Shown here piece after piece: positions 46,509 to 57,296 of a DNA stretch of 64,000 bases (its first letter is position 1; the number at the start of each line of letters is the position of its first letter). The notes under the pieces were generated by a model. It ran no database searches. It saw only the letters and a list, made by a program, of their open reading frames with translations, and had not been told where the DNA came from. This stretch comes from Sporopachydermia quercuum. Its lineage: Eukaryota. A program made the translations under genes and the position numbers. The stretch lies in NCBI GenBank assembly GCA_001599295.1, contig BCGN01000009.1:248001-312000 (forward strand), in the 5' to 3' direction.

Positions 46509-47222
46509 TTACAACACCACACACTTCTTACTTCTCTTAATCACAGGAGGTTCTAAAGCGGCAACAATGGCCTCGTCAAACACTTCTTTCAAATTCTTTT
46601 GAGTCAACGCTGAACATTCAACGTATTTCACGGCTTTGAGTTCTTTTGCTAATTTAACGCCCATTTCTGGAGTTATTGGCTTTAGTCTTTGCTTAGCAAG
46701 ACTATTTATATGATCAGGATCCGAACGTAAATCTGTCTGTAAACCGACAATCAAACAGGGAACTTCAGGGCTATGATGATGAATTTCTGGGAACCATTTT
46801 TCTCGAACGTTTTCAAATGATGATGGTGCAACTACTGAGAAACAAACTAAGAAAACATCAGTTTGAGGATATGATAATGGACGTAATCTGTCGTAATCTT
46901 CTTGTCCAGCGGTATCAAAAAGTCCTAATGTGTAAGGTTCATCAGAGACCATAACAGTCACAGCATAGTTGTCGAAAACAGTAGGGACATAGTCACTAGG
47001 AAATCGATTGGTAGTATAAGACATCAACATGCAGGTCTATATTTGATGTTAGTTAAACTGTTACAGAAGAAATAATGGCGAATTTCATACCATAAGACAG
47101 TTGCATATTCATATTCTCATATCGCAATCGTATCTTCAGATTCAACATACCTTTCCAACCGCACCATCACCAACAACAACACACTTCAAGTGTTTGTTAG
47201 GTTGATTCAATTTGCTGGCCAT
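46509..47222 (-). CDS. CDC42: Rho-family GTPase Cdc42, 2 exons, 199 aa
   Basis: Exons 47222-47151 ([24 protein letters not shown]) and 47036-46509; intron GTATGT...AACTAAC...[38 protein letters not shown]. Confidence 0.93.
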
Positions 47223-48770
47223 ATCGTAAATTGTACTCTTTTGCTCTTCTGTAACCTGCAATATTTATAAGGCCTCTTCTTTGGATTTCAAACGTGGCTT
47301 CTAGATGGTATCTTCAGTTTGGTTCTAGTAAAAAATATATAAACAGTAATCAGCCCAACACTGCTTTATCAGCAACTACCGCAACTAGTAAATCACTTCA
47401 ATCAACAAGGTTCAGTGGAGTACCGATTTTCTCTGGAATTTATTGTGTAGCGTTGTTTATCGGTTACACTAGTAATTGATATCTTTCAACGGTATTTATG
47501 ACCTCTTTGATGCAATTCCTTTATGTCTGCTGCAATAATTAAATCCTTTCAATGCAAATCGCGTATGGCTTTCATTCTATTATCCCTAACAAAACATATA
47601 TTCCTGTTCGCTTTTATCCAAGATATGGCAAAACAATATTATGTCTCTTATAGTAATGATGCGTTGATTTAGCATACAATTATTAATTCTCACTCTGCAA
47701 TTGCTACGTTGTTTTATGCCCTGTCTGTCCAGAAGGAATTTTGATGTTGCATTGTAAAACAATTTGTTTTTGTGGAGTTGCGTGTCAGGGGCCTCTTCAT
47801 GCAAGAGATACATGAAAGGGTCTATCAACGAGTGATCTGATATTGCAAAGAATATTAGGAATTGGTTACCATGAGGGAGATAAAATACTTGGAATAAGAT
47901 AAAATACGATAGATACTCATTAAAAGATATTCCTAATTCAATTAATACATAGTCTAACGTCTAACGTGTGTTTATATGGGTTTTGAAAGAGAATTCAAAT
48001 ACAAGTGATGTCTTGGTAGAACAGAAGAAGAGTCTCAAAGGATCTAAAAGTTATGAGATGCCTTGAAACTTTAAATGTTCCTTCACATGAGAGGCCTGTA
48101 GAGAAAGATACAAGGTAAATAATTATGGGTTCCTGCAGTTGAACATATTTAAATTTATGTTTGTGGTAATCAGACATAATTTGCTGATTCAATCCAGAAA
48201 TTTTGAGCTAATAAAAGTAAAGATCAGGAATCATGGACAGATGAAAACTAAGTCAGAGAGCGAAAATGATACTGTACAAGAGGTGAACGGGTGTTACTTT
48301 AATAAGAAATGCCTCTATTGAAGTAGGTCTCCTTCGTTACTTTTCAAGAATGAGAAGAGATGCAATGTGCCATATTTGACACCTTGCTTGACATAACATA
48401 GAAAGGTTTTAATGTGCCACATAAATAATAAACGCATTAATATAACTACGATATTTTCCTCTAATTTCTTATTTTTTAGAATTCTTAGTAATTGAGAATA
48501 GATCAGTTGTTACGGCGAGGACAGTCAAGTTTCATCTTTCATTTTAGAGAAAGTTGGTTGCATACGACTTATAAAATCGAGAATAGACCTATGTAAAGGG
48601 TAAACTTAAAGTGGATAACAAGATTAAGTTCAAACTATCGATTTCAAAGAGAAAAGTAATTTGATATGAAAAGTGAATTATATTTGATATAATTTTAGAT
48701 GTTTGCAGAATGGACTTCTAAGACATCAATAGTATTCCTTTGGACCACCTGTTATTATTAAACATACCAG

Positions 48771-48799
48771 TATTGATTAGCTATTGATTAGCTATTGAT
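48771..48799. repeat. (TATTGATTAGC)x2.6 short tandem repeat
   Basis: tattgattagc tattgattagc tattgat. Confidence 0.75.
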
Positions 48800-49107
48800 A
48801 CCAAAACGCGTAAAGTTTCAAATTTAACTTCTAACTTTGATGTTAGGAAGTTTCCGATTCCGTAGATTCTTGTCTTCTGCTCAACTTTCAGGACCTATGA
48901 CTCCAATAATCCAATAATGATATTGAAATGTATTGGCTTGGAAACAAAATAAACCAAAATGTTTCTGATATAGTTGTAAAACATTAATTAAAGCTCTTTC
49001 ACTCAATGATTGGAAGGAGTTGATTAGATTCGCTTAAAAATCTACACCGTCCATAGTAATTTTACTTACAGTCTCAAAGTAGTGTTAATTTCAAATTTTC
49101 ACTATCA

Positions 49108-49205
49108 GACAGGCTGTCCGAGTGGTTAAGGAGTTTGACTTGAATACTTAAAATCATGTTATCAAATGCGGTTCCCGCGCGTAGGTTCGAATCCTGCGTC
49201 TGTCG
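49108..49205 (+). tRNA. tRNA-Ser(UGA) with 16-nt intron (49145-49160)
   Basis: Acceptor GACAGGC/GTCTGTC, discriminator G, anticodon stem TTTGA/TCAAA, anticodon TGA at 49141-49143, long variable arm GCGG-TTC-CCGC, T arm GTAGG-TTCGAAT-CCTGC, downstream oligo-T. Confidence 0.95.
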
Positions 49206-49789
49206 CCATTTATTTTTCTTTTTTTTCTAGTTTTCTTTTTAAATTTCTAATTTCTCATTTTTTTCTTTCTTTCTTTTATAACTTTCATTATTTCTTTAGC
49301 AGTATTTGCGGACTATTTCATAATACTCCTAGAATATTTTCATCAATTAATTCTCATTGCTCTTGAAACTTTTGCGAGGATATTTCCAAATTCAATTCAC
49401 AAAACTAGGTTAGGTATGAACTCCCATTAAGTTAAAAACCTACCGTATCATTCACAAGAAGTGAGGACAAAAAAAAATCTCTAAAGCAAAATTGTATGGC
49501 TGAAAATGAGCAACTCTATTCGCATGGCCATCTGAGTAATATCAGACTGGAAACAAATATATAACATTACCAGCTTTAAGCTATATAAACCAATAGTTTT
49601 CTTATCTTTACTATTCACGATTTGAAACCAAATTATAGGTGGTACACTGATAGAGAATATAGTATAGTTAGTGCTTTTCATTGGAAGTTGAAACCGACGG
49701 TTCAATATACTACTCTACATTCATTCACAAACGATTCAAGGAACAATTACTACATTTCTTGAATTGCATTATAATCAACTACTTGCTTT

Positions 49790-51532
49790 ATGTTCCAGCA
49801 ACTGAGAAATTTGGGAACGGTAAGAGTAAAGATAATTGGATTGAAATATTGTAAATTTTCAAGTGTCCTGTTAGGAAATCAATCACATTTCAGAGTCACT
49901 AGTCAATATCGTAGAATGGCCAGCACTGAATCAACAGAACCGGTGGAAGGAGCTCCAGTAGCTTCAGTTGAAAAGAAAGCAGCTCCTGAACATTCCAACA
50001 AAAAGTCTAAGAAAGAGGCAGTTCAGTTCATCTTAAAGACACCAAAAGGCACCAAAGATTGGGCTGATAAAGATATGGTGATTCGTGAAGCTATTTTCTC
50101 TACACTATCATCAGTTTTCAAATCTCACGGAGGTGTTACTATTGATACTCCTGTTTTTGAGCTCAGAGAAATTCTCTCCGGCAAATATGGTGAAGATTCC
50201 AAGTTGATTTATAACTTAGAAGATCAAGGTGGTGAAATTACATCTTTAAGATACGATCTAACAGTGCCTTTTGCAAGATATGTTGCTATGAACAACATTC
50301 AAGCTATCAAAAGATACCATATTGCCAAGGTCTATCGCCGTGATCAACCAGCAATGACAAAAGGCAGAATGAGAGAATTTTACCAATGCGATTTTGATAT
50401 GGCAGGCGTTTATGATCGTATGGTTCCCGATGCCGAGATTTTGTCTATTCTTGTCGAAGGATTGACTAAGTTAGGTATTAGTGATTTTAAAGTGAAGATA
50501 AACAACAGAAAGATTCTAGATGGTATCTTTAGAGTATGNGGTGTTAAGGATGAAGACGTTAGAAGAGTTAGTTCTGCCGTTGATAAGCTCGATAAATTGC
50601 CGTGGGAAGCTGTTAAGAAAGAGATGACAGTCGAAAAGAATCAGCCGGAAGAAGTCGCTGATCGTATTGGTACTTACGTTCAACATTCTGGTACTTTAAA
50701 TGAAGTTATTGACATTCTTTCCTCTGATGAAGCTTTTATGGCTGATCCTGCTGCTGCTGATGGTGTAGAAGATATGAAAACCTTATGTGGTTACACTGAT
50801 GCTTTTGGTGTATCTGAATATTTATCATTTGACCTTTCATTAGCAAGAGGTTTAGACTATTACACTGGTTTGATCTATGAAGCCGTTACTTCTGCTTCTG
50901 CTCCTCCCCCTGATGCTGCTGATAAGAAGAAGACAGCTTCTAAGGAAGATGAGGATGCATCTGAATACGTCGGTGTCGGTTCTATTGCTGCTGGTGGTCG
51001 TTATGATGGTTTAGTTGGCATGTTCTTGGGCCCTGGCAAGAAAGGTAAGCCTGCTCCTTCTATTCCCTGTGTTGGTGTCTCATTCGGTGTTGAAAGACTC
51101 TTTTCCATTATCAGATCCCGTCCTGGCTTGCTAGATAAAGTAAGACCCACTGCCACTCAAGTGTTTGTTATGGCTTTTGGTGGTGGTAAGGAATGGGATG
51201 GTTTTATGAAGGAAAGAATGAACGTTGTAAAACTTTTATGGAAGGCTGGAATCGAAGCTGAATTCCTGTATAAAACAAAGGCTAACCCAAGAAAACAATT
51301 CGAAGCTGCTGAGAAGGCTGGTTGTCCGTTAGCTGTTATCTTAGGCCAAGAAGAATTTGGTAATGGAAAAGTAAGAGTGAAGAAGCTTGGTCTGGAAGAA
51401 GAGAGTAATGATGGTGATGAGATTAGTTTGGACGATCTTGTGCCTTATGTTAAGAAGCTGCTGAATGAGGTTCATGCTGAGTCTGCTGATGAGGAAGTCT
51501 CTGAAGTTGCAAAGCTTCTCCAGGGCTTATAG
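49790..51532 (+). CDS. HTS1: Histidyl-tRNA synthetase, cytosolic and mitochondrial isoforms
   Basis: [59 protein letters not shown] second in-frame ATG at 49916 follows a basic leader. Confidence 0.97.
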   Translation: MFQQLRNLGTVRVKIIGLKYCKFSSVLLGNQSHFRVTSQYRRMASTESTEPVEGAPVASVEKKAAPEHSNKKSKKEAVQFILKTPKGTKDWADKDMVIREAIFSTLSSVFKSHGGVTIDTPVFELREILSGKYGEDSKLIYNLEDQGGEITSLRYDLTVPFARYVAMNNIQAIKRYHIAKVYRRDQPAMTKGRMREFYQCDFDMAGVYDRMVPDAEILSILVEGLTKLGISDFKVKINNRKILDGIFRVXGVKDEDVRRVSSAVDKLDKLPWEAVKKEMTVEKNQPEEVADRIGTYVQHSGTLNEVIDILSSDEAFMADPAAADGVEDMKTLCGYTDAFGVSEYLSFDLSLARGLDYYTGLIYEAVTSASAPPPDAADKKKTASKEDEDASEYVGVGSIAAGGRYDGLVGMFLGPGKKGKPAPSIPCVGVSFGVERLFSIIRSRPGLLDKVRPTATQVFVMAFGGGKEWDGFMKERMNVVKLLWKAGIEAEFLYKTKANPRKQFEAAEKAGCPLAVILGQEEFGNGKVRVKKLGLEEESNDGDEISLDDLVPYVKKLLNEVHAESADEEVSEVAKLLQGL

Positions 51533-52770
51533 ATGTCAATTTAGAGTGATAAGAAGAGTATAGATGATAAGATACTATGGGTAACTTATGATTATATTAT
51601 AATATGAAGCTTCATATGATCGAATACCTAGCCAGAAAAATAGAATGATCTATACGATAGTGTAGTGTGTTATGTAATTCTATATGAGAACTAATATTAT
51701 TTTTATAATGAATACTATAGGTAGTAGTATATTTGCTCCTTCTATGAAAACTCGTCATTACTAGTAATTGATGTATCCAGCAATGATTTGACGAGAGACG
51801 TCGATAATAGTTTCGCACTCTAAGCAGAAGTCAGGTTTGCTCTTATAGTAGAATGCTGCTTTGAATAAATGTACATGATCTAAGGTATTCGTCTACGAAT
51901 AGTGCTATTTCTAACATTAAATGCTACAATGTCAGAGATTGGCTTTTACAATATTGGAAAGTGAGTCAAGTGAGATGTAGATATGTTCAAATATGAGAAA
52001 TATATTGTCAAATTGAGATAGTAAGGTTGGAAAAAATCAGTTAAATAGCAGACGAGACAGGAAACAGGAGTCCGGGTTTCAGTTTGAGTGCCAGCGCTTA
52101 GCTACCAGCTGCAGTTCTCTTACAATTCCATCAAATACCTTGAACTACCTTGAACGTGACACGACGACGAATTCCCTGTTCATTATTAGTTTACTACTAT
52201 ATTCAAATATACAACGCGCAGAACAGAAATAAAGCAAGCACCAACAATGGCTAACAATCAGGTAGATATGGTTGGTGGAGCCATGGTGTATATTATATGC
52301 CTAGCAGAAGTAGCAACATTGAAGGCAGTTGTGGAAACAGGTAATGATGGAAACTGCACATGAGGTCTATTACTTCTCTTTGACTCCAAACACCACGTGA
52401 TAGAATAAACCAAGAACTGGCATTTCCCCTATTGAATTAAAAACTAAAGGAAATAATTTCTAAATAGTTTGAAGCATTGTCATTTCACGATGGTTTATTA
52501 GCTATTATTAGCTATTCTTTCAGTAAAGCAATGATCAAAAAGATGAACAGGCAACTGGGTGCTTTTGTGCGGCTTCATAGTTGTTTTTGTATGGGTATTA
52601 ATAAAAACAACAGGTGTAACTAAAAGTGACGATTGAACAACTGCAGCTACAACAAGCATGTAACATAACAGTAATAAAAATATTAGATATTCTGCTACTA
52701 CTGACACTATGTTACTCCTATAATACACCAATTAAACAAACATAATACTTCTAACTCGCTATGCTTCTCT

Positions 52771-54197
52771 TCATGACTTAGAATCAAACTTCTCTTCTAG
52801 TACATCAGCACCGAATTCAAGCCATTCTTTCTTAGAAATACGAGACTTTTTAAAATCACTCACACTCGAAAGAATACTTGCTCCAGTCCAAACTGCATGT
52901 TTCCTTTCTGTTGGTCGCGCTGCATATATCACTCTAGGTCTGTAATTAGGTAACAACCGCAATAAATCTCCTTGGAGTCTTTCAGTGAAGCCGGAGAGTA
53001 AAGAAGTCCCACCCGTTACTACTACATTTGAAAGTAAAGCAGCAAATACTTCCGGAGTACCATTTGTCTGACGGAGAGTTTCTGCTATTAAATCAGTAAT
53101 TCCCTTTGCATTTTGTGGAACCAGTGGCTCATTATTTCTATTAGAGGATGAAAGATTATATCCTTGAGGTGGTTTCTGTAAAGGAAATCCTGCTGGGTTG
53201 AATAGCGGCTCAATTGAAGAAAGTCTCTCGGGACCAAACATGATGGAGCTTCCATCTGGGAACTCAAATTGTCTTCCGAGCCGAGATAGTGGTGACACAG
53301 AAGCAAACGGAGTCTCCGACACTTGAGACACACATTCTTTAAACTCATCTAACACATAAGAGGTTTGATACATATGGAAAGAAGGAGTGATCACGCCGTC
53401 GGGGAAAGAACGTAAAACAGGATTTGGGGGTTGTCCTTGGTTGAAGTCTGCTATTGCTCTTTTCTCCACTTGATATCTTGGAACAATGGAGACATTACGA
53501 GATTCTAGCATTTTCAATACATGGAAAGAAGCGAAATCTCCTGCGTAACGAGAATGCAGTCCGTTGTTGTAAAGGTTGCCCTCCACGACGGGAGTTACCG
53601 AGGCAACAGAACTTCCGAGATCGACTACTAAACTTGTGGTTTTCTCAAGAGCAATAGACGAGCAAATGGGGCTCTTCACAATGGCAAACGCGGGACAGTT
53701 ATAGTATTCAAATGCAATCTCAGCAGCTTTCTTCCGATTTTCGCTGCTATTCCAAACCTGTTCGGTAATTACCAGAGGAAATTCCGAAGCCTCTACCCGC
53801 AGTTGTTCCGAGATGGCGTAATCCCAAATCTTTGTCATCAGATCCCAATCTCGAACAATTCCGTCTGCGCCAAAGGGAGTCAAAATTTCCTTTCCAGGGA
53901 CAATTTCGTCTAAATTCTCATCTCCAGCTACAATCTCATCACCAGCTTTCCCGATCTTCGTAGGTATCACATGCTTGGGCAAATCATCTCCGGAATAGCC
54001 AATCCGCGTACTGTACGATCCGCTATCAATTACAATTGATATTATATCCTCTGAAAGAGCATCAGTTAGTAAGTAGTTTGCAAACGGATGCTGGAATAAC
54101 AAAAGCAAAATATTTTGACGCAATATCGATATCTCAGATAAAAACTCGGTATTCAATACGTACCTTCCGAGGTAGATGCTGGTGGTAGAGATGGCAT
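52771..54197 (-). CDS. Nuclear actin-related protein, Arp4/ACTL6 family (Arp4 or Arp7/Arp42-type), 2 exons, 437 aa
   Basis: Exons 54197-54164 and 54050-52771; intron GTACGT...TACTAAC...CAG. MPSLPPASTSEEDIISIVIDSGSYSTRIGYSGDDLPK, ITEQVWNS..NR, VLDEFKECV, FEFPDG, NVVVTGGTSLL. Confidence 0.88.
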
Positions 54198-55085
54198 ATC
54201 TTGTACTGTAAGGACTGATGGACAAAGTGTAAGCTGTGTGNCTGGCAAGTCAGTAGAATTAGACGGAACGATTTAGTTGGAACAGGAAAGTAATTTGGAT
54301 AGTTTTTCAATTAAGTAAATTTGTTCCGAGATTATTACTCTTCGTTCTTTGGTCCTTCAGCTCGGCGCCGGAATGAGTTGAATTATGAAGGAATACCAAA
54401 ATGAATCGGCGCGTTCCGAGTAGATTTTCAATGTTTGTGCTTTTCGTTTTGGGTTTTAAGGGTCGGGAAAGGGGGTAGTTCAGGAGATAGAAGAAAGTTG
54501 AACCTTATAAGGGTCTAGACTAATGGGGGGGGAGGTCTGGAGGGAGAAAAGAGTAAGTACTGGAAGAGAAAAGAATTGATAGTCCACTTTAGGGTTTTGA
54601 AAAATTATTTAATTAGAAAGACCAAGATTTCTTTAATATTAATTGGTAGGCCAAAAAAATCTGGCATCTCCGTTTAACTATAGCCCCAGGTTTGGTTACA
54701 TAGTGTTCTAGCCTGCCAAAATGGAAGGAGGCCCTCATTCCTCATTAACTAAATAAAGTAAAACACCCAAACAGCTTAACTTCTCTTCCAATCAAGACCC
54801 TCTTACCTAACAAGACCCTATGTCATATTTACTCTAATCATTGTTTCCTTCTCTTCGGCATTCCTTCGGCACACTCTCGGCTTTTCCTTCCGGTGCTCCG
54901 TTTTCTGTCGGCCATTCCGACAGTCTCCTATCACTACACTTCGGTTCAAACACTACATTTATCCACCATCATATTTATGTTGACATAAATCGTATCTGAA
55001 TCATTTTAAACCCATTGCATGTCCTTCTGCGATCTCACATCTCACGTCCGACATCCGCAATCCTCTTCCGATACCATCCATCATC

Positions 55086-55694
55086 ATGGCTCCCTCACTG
55101 AAACTGAACAAGTCGTTGGACCTTTCGATCCTGCCAGATAACGAAAAGTTCAAGGAGTACGAGAAACTAAAACAGGAATTGAGAAGCTTACTACTGAAAA
55201 AAAAGAGCTTAGATCGCAAGCTGGCTGGCATAGAAGAAGAAATATATACTCGGGAAACAACATATTTAGAGGATATACCTAACGGCAATATAGTGAAAGG
55301 CTATGATAACTATATAAAAGGGGCAATTTCTTTGGGACAGGGAAACTATATTCGGAGGAAAGTTCCTATTCAAGACGAGGATCGGATTTTTTCCCTGAGT
55401 AGTGCAACATATATTAAACATATGCAGAAGTTGCGGGCGAAAGCGGAAGAAGAAGAGAATGAAGGTTCGGCTACTCCCGGAGTTGGAACACCGGGACCCT
55501 CGGTAAGTGGAACTGGAACTGTAACTAATGGTGGACATTCTGCTAACGGAAATGCTGGTGGTGGATCCGGAACACCTCATAGTTCCTTTTCGGGACCAGG
55601 GTCTAATAGAAAATGGAGGAAGCGACGAAAGGCGGAAGATTCTGAGGAGCCCGAAGAGGAAGAAAAACCTACAAAAAGGGTAAAAGGAAGGTAG
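55086..55694 (+). CDS. EAF6: NuA4/NuA3 subunit Eaf6
   Basis: ELRSLLLKKKSLDRKLAGIEEEIYTRETTYLE...GNIVKGYDNY...DEDRIFSLSSAT signature. Confidence 0.93.
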   Translation: MAPSLKLNKSLDLSILPDNEKFKEYEKLKQELRSLLLKKKSLDRKLAGIEEEIYTRETTYLEDIPNGNIVKGYDNYIKGAISLGQGNYIRRKVPIQDEDRIFSLSSATYIKHMQKLRAKAEEEENEGSATPGVGTPGPSVSGTGTVTNGGHSANGNAGGGSGTPHSSFSGPGSNRKWRKRRKAEDSEEPEEEEKPTKRVKGR

Positions 55695-57296
55695 CCGATT
55701 ACTCTATTAGGAAACCGTGACTCAATTTCAAACACTAATTCTACTACTTCTGCCGCCTCAGTCACCAATTAAAGGTTATTTCTACCCCTTTTGTTTCAAA
55801 TCCTAACTGTGGCGTAGCATAAGCGTGTTGCAGCTTAATTTACCAGCTTTTATTTCATCACATCATTAAAAGAACTTCTACAATACTACCTAAAGCATGA
55901 TCTTAACAAACTGCAGAGTATCCAATGTTGTTCTCTAAAAGCCGAACCAAATGAGATGAAACTGCCACTAGTGTCTCATTTCTTCTTGAACTCTCTTCCG
56001 AGAGTCTAGCGGTGTTGCCAGCATGATACCAAACTCTGCCTATGATCAATACAAACTAGAAAGATGATCGACTGCTAAGAATATCTTCATTGCACCAATG
56101 GCTACACATTTCTCCTTTGAGAGAAGCCAATCCTTAAGCAACCAGTGCAGGTAAGCCATGTTGATCGGTTTTGCTTTTTCCCCTATGATATTGGCAAAAA
56201 GGCAATACTTGCTATGGTTATTCATATTAGGACCAGCAGAACTAGCAGTAGATTCTTGTAAGCTGCAGTATTTGATCAAAGGTATAAAAAGGCTGAACCA
56301 TTCGAAAAAGCAACAAATGTTCCCGGTCTGTTTCCGGGATGAGTTTTAGTCTTCTGTAGCCAAGAAAGGCGATACAACTAAATGGCGAGTTTCAATGACA
56401 GGTGAACCGGTGGATGATAGCAATTATGGAGGTGATTACAGGGCAACTAAAGCGAACATCTGGCAATACTCTTGGAACATAGCAGCTAAGCAGAAAGCAG
56501 CAAAGTACTCAGTTTCCATTAGTTTCTCATTGCCGGAGAACATCAGCACAGGACCAAACCAAAAGAGAATAAGAAAACAAGACCGTCTTCACTGAGTTCG
56601 TCAAAAGTCAATTAACTATATTTAATAGTGGTTGAATACGAAATAGAGGGTGCTTTGAGCTTATTCTGCATGGTTTGAATCAGCTTCGTATATTCGGCTA
56701 CCGATATATGGAAGTAAAATAAGTAAAAATAAGTAGCAGTGAATACGAATTTATCGGAAAAACGAATTTCTAGTTGGAGCTTGCTAAATCTTCAGCTCCT
56801 GTGGGAAAGCCAACATAATAGTTGCTACGACTCTTGTTTTCCTCTGAATAGACTTTAAAGTTAGAACCATTATTATTTAAAGTTCACACTTAAAGTTAAA
56901 ATTTGCCGAAGTAATTCCGCTAATTGAACTATTAACTTTTTAGCTTTATTCTAATCTCCGAATAAAGCCAAACCTTACTGCAAATATTGCATATTTCTCC
57001 TTTTTATAAATATCTATCAAATAATGCATACATTAACCCATAAACTAATATAAACAGGTGAGATTTTATATACCATGCTAATTATCAGACAAATACATAT
57101 GAAGATTTGATTCTATACAAACAAATAGCGTAACTAAACACCATAAACCAACAGTATAAGCCACCACCTTAACTCATATTCATGAATAGAAGATCTGCAC
57201 AAGTCAGTCTATCGGTCTTTAATCCCACTTGCTATTAATGTCATACAATCCTTAAATTGTAATCCTATTCCTTATTACTTCTTCTTTTTTCTCCCC

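Noticed and set aside
49166..49366. Track ORFs overlapping tRNA genes (also 62929-63132)
   Set aside because: Explained by the tRNA sequence and its oligo-T terminator.
52247..52363. 38-codon ORF ending ...GNCT*, a-factor-like in size
   Set aside because: No CAAX terminus and no pheromone-like sequence.
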